A stretch of 62,909 bases of DNA, counting the filler, from Octopus bimaculoides (taxonomy: Eukaryota), in the NCBI RefSeq assembly GCF_001194135.2. It is 6 parts of 6 records of this genome, joined end to end, with 100 filler letters (N's around TTAATTAATTAA, not from the genome) between each part and the next. Parts side by side here need not be neighbours in the genome. Positions count along the whole stretch, not along the records: positions 53,465 to 61,274 come from NC_068995.1; positions 61,375 to 62,909 come from NC_068988.1; 4 more parts are not named here. The stretch is one strand, 5' to 3'. The position numbers and the translations under genes are program-made. This document shows positions 53,365 through 62,909 of this stretch, in pieces; position 1 is the stretch's first letter, and each line of letters begins with the position of its first letter. The notes beneath the pieces were generated by a model that had not been told where the DNA came from, did no database searches, and saw only the letters and a list, made by a program, of their open reading frames with translations.

Positions 53365-53464
53365 NNNNNNNNNNNNNNNNNNNNNNNNNNNNNNNNNNNN
53401 NNNNNNNNTTAATTAATTAANNNNNNNNNNNNNNNNNNNNNNNNNNNNNNNNNNNNNNNNNNNN

Positions 53465-53503
<39 letters not shown>

Positions 53504-53667
53504 TATATATATATATATATGTATATACATATACATAGATACATGCTTACATACATGTATATGTGCATGTATGTACGAATATACATCAATTCATGTACAA
53601 GCAAGAATTGATAACCATAACCACACATTACTGCATATTTACATAAACATCAGTTTGCGAGTGTGTG

Positions 53668-53717
<50 letters not shown>

Positions 53718-54522
53718 TACAGAGAGAGATAGAGAGTGAGATATAAATACATACTTACATACATAATTCGAATGCTTGAATTTAATAAAGAAGTAAGATA
53801 TGCGTATGTCTACGTGTGTTTATGTATGTATGTATGTGGGTGTATTTGTGTGATTTGTGCGTATATGTGTGTGTACGTTTGTGTAAGTGTATATATATAT
53901 GTGTGCATGTGCGGAGTGTTGTAGTTGTTTGTCTGTAGGTCGGGGTGGGAAAGCGAGCAAGAAGTAAAAATTCCCTTTGGGATGAAGGACAAAAAAAATT
54001 ATTTTTCTTTACGAAAAAAAACAAACAAACGATATGTTTTTTAATGGCGGACAAAAGAAACGACCGGAAATACATATAAGTATACGTGTATTATAGAAGT
54101 AAAACTTATAACGCATACACATGTGAAAGTATATATATATTTGTTTGCATCAATTGCAGGGTATCTATCTTTCTATACACACACACACATACGCACATAT
54201 GTAAGCCTGTATGCATATGTGTTTATGTAAGTGCGTGTGTGCGTGTGTGACTGTGTATATTTTTATATATGAATTGTCTAACATTCTATGTGACTGTGTG
54301 CAAGTGTGTGCAAATCAGGTAGCATCATATGTTTCTATTTCCGAATTTACATAATTATATGAATTTGTTTAGATTAATATATATATATAATACATAGTTA
54401 TTTATAAGCATGTACACAAACACATAAAAATTTACAATAAAATTTGCATACAGACACATATGCCTCTGTGTTTCTGCACAAAGACATGTTGACATATACA
54501 CACTCACACACACACATATACG

Positions 54523-54596
<74 letters not shown>

Positions 54597-54684
54597 AACA
54601 TATATATATATATATACATATATACATACACACACACACACAGACACACACACAAACACACACACACACACACATGCACACACG

Positions 54685-54727
<43 letters not shown>

Positions 54728-54998
54728 GTTTGCGTTTGAGTATGTGAGTTTGTATTATATGGGTTGTGTCGGTTGTATAGAATTATCATTAAATACAACC
54801 CTGTATTCCTTACAGCTGTCTACATTCATATATTTGTCTGCGATTGTCTAAAATATTCTTCATACATTCCTGAACAATTTCTTTAACAATTTGCAATTTA
54901 TTTGCTCTTATTGTCATACATATTTCTACTTCTATTATAAACACTACTAATTACTATCTCTGTTGTTGCTACTGCTACAGTTGTTGCTGTTGCTGCAG

Positions 54999-55064
<66 letters not shown>

Positions 55065-56019
55065 GTAGTTATGTTTATTTCTGTATCAGCTCAGAATGGG
55101 TATTCTTAAACACAGCCTTCTGTCGCATGACCTGCGAAAAACTGCAAGCAATCCTCCATCATATGGTAGACTACAGTTTGATAAAAAGAAGGATAAATCG
55201 CATAAGATACTTCTAGATGGATGCTAATCCACTGACTTCGGCTTCTACCTTTGACATCATCGTTGAATCAAAGAGCGAAAAACAAATTGAAAGTTGCCAA
55301 AGTATCTTCGATCTTATTTCTGAAAAAAAAACTTCCCATTTAGTGGCACCTTCAAAACTTTCAGAAATCTCAAGAAGGATTATTATTCACGCATCTACGC
55401 TTGTACACGGTAAGATAAGCGCCCCTTCTCTGAAGGGACTAGCCTGTAGTGCTTGAGATACGCTTACAAACATTTGGAAAACGAATGCTTCAAAGTGAAC
55501 AAAGAATCAGTATTTAGAGGTCCAGACGTATCCCCGTTCGTGTTATCATTGTTCATTTATCTATAGTGTGAGTATTTTAGAAAACAATACAAGACATAAG
55601 AGTTCGATTAACAGATATTTACTTGCATCATCTTACGTATATTTCATTCACAAAAGATGGCTATACAAAGCTTTGATATATCTTTAATACCAGAAAATTA
55701 TATAAGACAACTCCGCTAGCAAATAATACATGGCATCTAAAATGTGAAAAATTGTGGTCTTAAACTGGAGCGTAGTATCATCGAAACAGCTCATCCATAC
55801 AGCGGGATATATAAAAGGAAACAATGTTGGATTTATACAATACTATGAAAAGATACGCGACAACTTAATCGAAGTGAAACTGTGATATGCTTTAAAATCA
55901 AATATTTCAATTGCTCCGATTTTAGCTTAAAATCTTTTGGTAAATTGAGAGTTAGAACGCAACTAAATGATCAATTATAATTTATCCTTCAATTAAACTC
56001 CAAGCTTTCAAAGCAAGAG

Positions 56020-56630
56020 AAAAGGAGACATTAATGGACGTGTGTCCTCAGCCGCTTGGACTACTGTTCTGAACTATGGTCACTACACAATATAATATTC
56101 ACGACGGAACTCGAAGCAATCCAACGAAGCTACGTAAAGAAAATCATCTCAATGCGACGTATCAACTACTGGGAAACACTGAAAGAATTAAAACTTTTCT
56201 CCCTAGAATGAAGGCGGGAAATATATGCAGTGATATACATCTGGAAATTCCTGGAAAGCCTTGTACCAAACTTGGGCATTGAAAGTTACTCAAACAGCAC
56301 TGCATAGTGCTAAAGATCCCAGCTTCCCCATCCATCAAAATACAGGACCCGATACTGGAAGAGCTTGGGTTTCAAGGGCCCACAGCTCTTCAATATCCTT
56401 CGAAATGCCTGAGAGAGCTGCATGGTGCAGATGAAAGTGTTCTTAAAATAAAACTGGATCTCTTCTTGAGAAGGGTTCCAGACGAACCTACGGCATGAAA
56501 CACAGATAAGGGCAGCAGCATCAACCTCCCTCATTGAATAAATGTCACATATCGGAGGTGGTTTCAGATAATGGTGTAGTACATTCAACGGTGGTGTCCC
56601 AGCATGACCGCAAATTTGAAGCTGAAATAT
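56020..56630 (+). mobile_element. CR1/L2-group LINE 3' end
   Basis: VLSRLDYCSELWS...ELEAIQRSYVKKI...YWETLKELKLFSLE*RRE; LKIKLDLFLRRVPDEP. Confidence 0.85.
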
Positions 56631-56681
56631 TTTAAAAGAATTTTTAAAGATTTTGTTTTCTTAGACTCATGTATTATATTT

Positions 56682-56986
56682 GTGGAGACACGTGGTTCAG
56701 TGGTTAGAGCAGCTGACTCGCGGTCGAGGGATCTCGGGTTCGAATCTCCGACCGGGCGAGGTGTGCGTATATGAACGAAACACCTAAACTCCACGCGGCT
56801 CCAGCAGAAGGTAATGGGGAACTTCTGCTCACACTTTCGCCACAACTTTCTCTCACTCTTTCCTCCTGTATCTAGAAGATGACCTGCGATGGACCGGCGT
56901 CCGTTGCAGGCGGGTAACCTATACGCCAATGAAACCGGAAAACCGGTCCTTATGAACGAGACATGGCTCAAGAAGAAACAAACAAC
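56682..56986 (+). mobile_element. Chimeric SINE (C-type body, V-like tail)
   Basis: Body gaaacacctaaactccacg...ccacaactttctctcactctt as at 59521; tail ctgcgatggaccggcgtcc...atacgccaatgaaaccgg as at 37375. Confidence 0.85.
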
Positions 56987-57107
56987 GACATGTATTACTT
57001 TAGCGAATCGATTATCTATGCGTATATTGGTAGAGAGTATGACATTTGTTCATCAGAGTGAAAGGCATAAAATGCTGACTCATCATGGGAGTGCATCCAC
57101 GTATTTG

Positions 57108-57139
<32 letters not shown>

Positions 57140-57149
57140 NNNNNNNNNN

Positions 57150-57183
<34 letters not shown>

Positions 57184-57189
57184 AATTTC

Positions 57190-57830
57190 ATTCCTCTGTA
57201 TCTAGAACACTGCTTGATAAAGCCATTGAGTTTGTTAAATCATATGTCGGTATTGACCCTACTGACCTAGATTTTATCAGGCATGCTTAATTAAGGATTA
57301 CCATTGATAAAAAAGTCGCATAGTGACGAAGTACTTGATGTATCTATGGGGTCGTACGATAGTGCTTTTGTGATCTTGAGGTTTATTTGTATGAAACACA
57401 TTAAGATCTAAGTAGCCATCTCATGATGCATGATGGTCACACCCTTTATAGATTTGGTTTACAATTTATTTCTACCTTAAATCAATTAGGCCTTGAAATT
57501 ACAGTAGCTACTAACCTGTCTGTATCTGAACACCTCCTCGTATACACCTTTCCATACACCTAATGAGGACTCGTCTATATACATAAACAATATTGCCATC
57601 CCACTGTAATTTTTAAAAACCTGATAGATGATATTAATAACAGAGTGTCTGACCTCTCTCCCTCTAAAGAAATTTTTGAGAAAGCAGATTCCTACTATAA
57701 AAATTCGCTTTAAAGATAAATTAATATATAACCTCTCTAATATTAATCAGAAGAAAAATAGTAGACCTAAAAATTGACCAAAGATAATTATTTGGTTGAC
57801 CCCTCTTTGACCCTTTTTTTATAAAAACTA
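57190..57830 (+). mobile_element. Decayed Penelope-like element reverse transcriptase (Naiad-like motifs)
   Basis: LLDKAIEFVKSY...IRHA; LDVSMGSYDSA; LGLEITVATNL; HPTVIFKNLIDDINNRVSDLSPSKEIFEKADSYYKNSL; RPKN*PKIIIWLTPL (cf. IIWFNPPF). Stops and frameshifts. Confidence 0.8.
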
Positions 57831-59294
57831 ACATAGGTAAAAAAAATTTCTGTTTCCCCTAGGCAAGCACTTTGCAGTAACTTGCAGATACAGGAAAATA
57901 TTTAATAGGCGTTCTGTAAAATTATATCGTATAACTGCTGTCCCAATATGAAGAGCATCATTATATATAGAGACAGACAGACACACACAGACACACACAC
58001 ACAGACACACACACACACACACACAGACGCATACACACACATACGCACACACACGCACACACACACTCACTCACACTTGTTATATGTTTTTGAAATATTT
58101 TAAAGAATAGAATACTATAATAGTCGGCCGGTTTCTATGCTTTAAAGTATATTAAAAATATTGAAATTATAAGCATTTTCTTTCTATTATCAGATATTCT
58201 TTCACTACAAGTCACCACGGGTGGAAAATTGCTGCNNNNNNNNNNNNNNNNNNNNNNNNNNNNNNNNNNNNNNNNNNNNNNNNNNNNNNNNNNNNNNNNN
58301 NNNNNNNNNNNNNNNNNNNNNNNNNNNNNNNNNNNNNNNNNNNNNNNNNNNNNNNNNNNNNNNNNNNNNNNNNNNNNNNNNNNNNNNNNNNNNNNNNNNN
58401 NNNNNNNNNNNNNNNNNNNNNNNNNNNNNNNNNNNNNNNNNNNNNNNNNNNNNNNNNNNNNNNNNNNNNNNNNNNNNNNNNNNNNNNNNNNNNNNNNNNN
58501 NNNNNNNNNNNNNNNNNNNNNNNNNNNNNNNNNNNNNNNNNNNNNNNNNNNNNNNNNNNNNNNNNNNNNNNNNNNNNNNNNNNNNNTATATATATATATA
58601 TATATATGTATATATCTATATATCTATATATATATATGTATCTATATATCTATATATCTATATGTATCTATATATCTATATATGTCTATATGTATATATA
58701 TATATATATATGTGTGTGTATATATATGTATACATAATGTATAGATTTCATATAAAACAAAATTTTATACGTGGTAATATATAATATAATGCATATTATA
58801 ATTTATATCATCCAGATAACACACACACACATACACGCACACACGAGCTCACACACGAGCTCACACACACACACGCACACACAAAGCGAGAACATATTAA
58901 ATGGAGAACAAAAGATACATGTTTTTCTCCTATTCTAATTTTTCCTGGGGTAGAATTGTGAACTGGGAGTGAGACAAGATTACTCCATTTTTCCTTTTTT
59001 TTTTTTCGGAATCCACCGAATATTCAATTTTACAAGTAGACTGCATATGTTTTATGAAGACCCTAAAAACTGGCCAAGACCTTATAACATTTTGCCCCTA
59101 AATATCTGTCGTAAAAAACGTATTCTGTATCCGCAGGTTCTATCTCAACTCTTATAAACCTACAGTTTCGAACATCGTATAAAATGAGGGACATAAATAC
59201 ATGAATAAATAAATAGAAAAAATAATAAATAATTAAATAAATAAGGCGAATAGGAAATAATGATATTTAAAAAAAAACCCGTAAGAGTAAGCTG

Positions 59295-59330
<36 letters not shown>

Positions 59331-59520
59331 CGATGATGATGGACCTGAAGATTTCCAACTTTGGGGAAAGACCGAAAAAAACAACACCAATAACATTAAT
59401 GGTTTTTAGTGATGGCATCAACAACCAAACTAAAGACTAAAAAGCAGCTCCAAGTTATACACACGTTTTACATACAGCAGTAATATATTTTGCGTTTAAA
59501 TGCTATGTGTATATACATAT

Positions 59521-59900
59521 GTGGAGGCGCAATGGCCCAGTGGTTAGGGCAGCGGACTCGCAGTCAGAGGATCGCGGTTTCGATTCCCAGACCGGGCGTT
59601 GTGAGTGTTTATTGAGCGAAAACACCTAAAAGCTCCACGAGGAGGGGATGGTGGCGAACCATGCTGTACTCTTCCACCACAACTTTCTCTCACTCTTACT
59701 TCCTGTTTCTGTTGTGCCTGTAATTCAAGGGGTCAGCTTTGTCACACTTTGTCACGCTGAATATCCCCGAGAACTACGTTAAGGGTACACGTGTCTGTGG
59801 AGTGCTCAGCCACTTGCACGTAAATTTCACGAGCAGGCTGTTCCGTTGATCGGATCAACTGGAACACTCGACGTCGTAAGCGAGTGAGCGCCAACAACAA
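59521..59900 (+). mobile_element. Well-preserved SINE family C
   Basis: A-box tggcccagtgg, B-box ggtttcgattcc, ends in (AAC)n; a truncated head copy lies at about 45955-46025. Confidence 0.88.
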
Positions 59901-60490
59901 CAACGTATATACATATATACTTACATACATAGATGCATATATACATGCATACATACATGCATACATATATACATTTTTACATACATGCATGCATACATAT
60001 ATACATTTTTACATACATGCATGCATACATATATGCGTAAATGTAAATTTTTAAGACACAGGCGAAACATCTCTGTGCTATTATCAGTGTGTATAAAATA
60101 TCAAATACACCACGTCAAATATACTGAACTGAATGTATATAACTCCCTAAACCAACAAGAGGGAGACACATGTAGAAAATGGAGTAACGAATAACAAAGA
60201 CGCAAGCATATTAAAACTTTGACGAAATGCATTGGGTTTCTGAAACAAAAGGTTCTGGAACACATTCCTATCTAAGTGAGACTGTAAATAGCAAAAGACT
60301 GTACTTCTTCGTTAACGAGGACAAGCCTGAACTATCGTATAAGTCTGTTTATATGGCGTGAAAATCAATTCACATGCAAATATAATACAATCGCTACTAA
60401 GTTTCGAGATTTAGCAATTAGTGTTCGGCTTAGCCTTGGCTCTTAGTAACCATTTTAGGCAGATTTGAACCAGAACCTTAGCACATTCAG

Positions 60491-60550
60491 AGTTCCTGAG
60501 CTGTGATCCAAGTTCCTGAGCTGTGATCAAAGCTCCTGAGCTGTTGTCAA
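60491..60550. repeat. Three 20-bp tandem repeats (AGTTCCTGAGCTGTGATCCA)
   Basis: Directly visible, with 1-4 substitutions between copies. Confidence 0.9.
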
Positions 60551-61464
60551 TAAGTTACTAATCGTGACGTTATTTTATGATACAAATATACATGGAGTGT
60601 TGTCACCATACACAAACAATGTGTGAAAACCAACGAAAGTATTTTTAGACTGTATTTTCAGATAAAGTCATATTTTCAAATTTGCTGATCGTATATATTT
60701 GTGTCTAGAAATACAAAAGGATTGAAGACAGCCACCACCACTAGTATAAGAAACGTCGTCATTAACATCAACACGTTTTCCCTACAATAACCATCATCAA
60801 TATCACCAACAATACTAACACAACCAATCCCTACATCAAACCAGTATCAATCTCACCACCAGCATTAACGTCCTACAAGCATCCCACCGAACATTCGAAA
60901 TACTGCAACCAGTACCACAGCCTTCACTAACACTGTTATATATATCATAGTACTTCCACTGCGACTCCTAACACCAACACAACCAACTCCACGAAACAAC
61001 AATACCACTAATACGACAGCTACCTCAATAAACAACAATAACAAGCACCAACGCACATTTCCACGACCAACACAACTATTGCCACTCCATACATCACCAC
61101 TGAATGGAGTCCACTAAACTTCAAACGTTTGTATTACCGCAACCACTAAAAACACCATTACAGTCACCACCACCATCACCACCACTGCTCCAGAATTATC
61201 AACCTAACCATTACGACGACGACCACCACCACCACCACCACAACCACCACCACCACCACCACCACCATTACCACNNNNNNNNNNNNNNNNNNNNNNNNNN
61301 NNNNNNNNNNNNNNNNNNTTAATTAATTAANNNNNNNNNNNNNNNNNNNNNNNNNNNNNNNNNNNNNNNNNNNNAGAAGAAGAAGAAGAAGAAGAGAAGA
61401 AGAAGGAGGAGGTTGAGGAGGAGGAGGAGAGAAGAAGAAGAAGAAGAAGAAGAAGAAGAAGAAG

Positions 61465-61503
<39 letters not shown>

Positions 61504-61539
61504 AAAGTTTCAAAGTTTTGAACATGATCGTTTTTGTGT

Positions 61540-62515
61540 GTTCGGCCAGAAGGAGCTGTAGTGTTCTTTAATACCTACAACTTTCCAGTAAACTAAGTAT
61601 AATGAACTCTATGAAGGTAGACCATCAATAGACACTAAAAACACTATAAATGACCACGTTAGCAATGAACTATTAGATGGAATACTAGAACAATATCTAA
61701 CACATCTACGTCAACCTTTCCACGAAGAGCCCCACTTACCAAAATTATTAATACTAATAAAAACAGACAAGTAATCAGAGAAGTTGATCAAGCACTTGGA
61801 AAGCTGATACAACTCCTTGAGAATAGTAGAGAAAATGCCCTCGAAGTGATTGATCAACTCATTTGCTTAGCTACTTATGTTACAACTTAGAAATGCGGTA
61901 TTAAAATTAGAGATAAACTAAAAAAAAAGCAATGTACACAAACAGCCTGCATGGAGGGAAAGAATAAACCGGCAAATAATCCAACTAAGAGCAGATATAT
62001 CTTTTCTACTTGAAGCAAGCAAAGGGAAAAGTAATAAACTCAACAAACTAATAAGAATAATTGCTAAATATGATCTTTACGCGAAAACAAAGGATACGCA
62101 GAAGGAAATCCTCAAACAAAATCTACATTTAAAAACCAGACGACTGGCAAGATACAAAAACGCTCAGTATTCCATAGACAAAACATACTAATCAAGGAGA
62201 ACATAAAAAATTCTACAGAGAACTGGGGGAAAATACCATTATTGTGAAAACACCTCCTCCTCAGCAGCAGACTGGAGATTTTGGGGAAAACATTTGGAGT
62301 AATCCAAAGGAGTTTAATTAGAATAAACATTGGGTCAGGGACATAGAAGAGGTCAATGCCTACCTCAAATATCAAGAATGGTAGCCTATAACAACTGAAG
62401 AAGTGAAAGCGGCGCTCGCCAAATCAAAGAAATGGAAATCTCCAGGTATAGATAAGATACCAAATTTTTGGCTAAACACTTTAATGAGCACTCTTAGCCG
62501 TAGCACTCAATGAAG
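61540..62515 (+). mobile_element. Decayed R4/Dong-like LINE, region N-terminal to the RT
   Basis: EEVKAALAKSKKWKSPGIDKIPNFWLN at about 62400-62480, preceded by frameshifted pre-RT sequence. Confidence 0.7.
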
Positions 62516-62876
62516 TCATGTCCAACCCGGCGAAGAACTCCCTACGATCATAGTTCGGAGATCACCATATCATATGCTTTCGATCTTATCAGATTATCTT
62601 TAGTGATGGATACTCGTTTACCAGACATGGCAGCAATCTAACCCAGCTCGCAATATATATATATATTAAAAAAGTGTCACACAGTCACGGGTTTTGCAAC
62701 CAGCAAATTAGTTCGTTAAGAAAATCTCTATTAGAGATAGAAGCAGTAGTTATACTGAGAAATAATGTTTATCGCCAATCAAACGCGGGTGTGCTGTTCT
62801 TTAAGAACAGACGATACAGCTATTCTAACCCCAGGAGGACGCTTCCTTCAGATGACTATTCAGTGCGCTTCGCACC

Positions 62877-62909
<33 letters not shown>

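Noticed and set aside
60730-61274. Thr/Asn/His-rich mucin-like stretch
   Set aside because: Degenerate ACC/AAC low-complexity DNA with stops and no splice support.

Overview
AT-rich, microsatellite-saturated eukaryotic draft scaffold with many N gaps. The repeat content and cephalopod-type SINEs suggest an octopus genome (inference). The only host gene I can support is a nitric oxide synthase on the minus strand. Five exons at 48157-41399 splice in frame through canonical GT-AG junctions (phases 2-0-0-2-2-0) into about 200 aa covering the C-terminal half of the calmodulin-binding helix and the FMN domain, including the autoinhibitory loop of constitutive NOS. I found no oxygenase exons in the 14.7 kb upstream and no FAD/NADPH exons in the 41 kb downstream; unsized gaps lie on both sides. 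The rest is decayed mobile DNA: CR1-type, RTE-type and R4/Dong-like (RLE) LINEs, a Penelope-like RT, a Tc1 fragment, MITEs, several modular tRNA-SINE families, a 67-bp higher-order minisatellite and simple repeats. The most interesting signal is a composite element present twice (10078-10426 +, 24880-25175 -). It joins a tRNA-like Pol III head, an (AAT)n spacer and a tail carrying a minimal type I hammerhead ribozyme motif of the Penelope-associated kind. A second hammerhead-like family with a 16-bp stem I lies at 49511-49580. All family assignments come from recognising motifs by eye; no database search was run.
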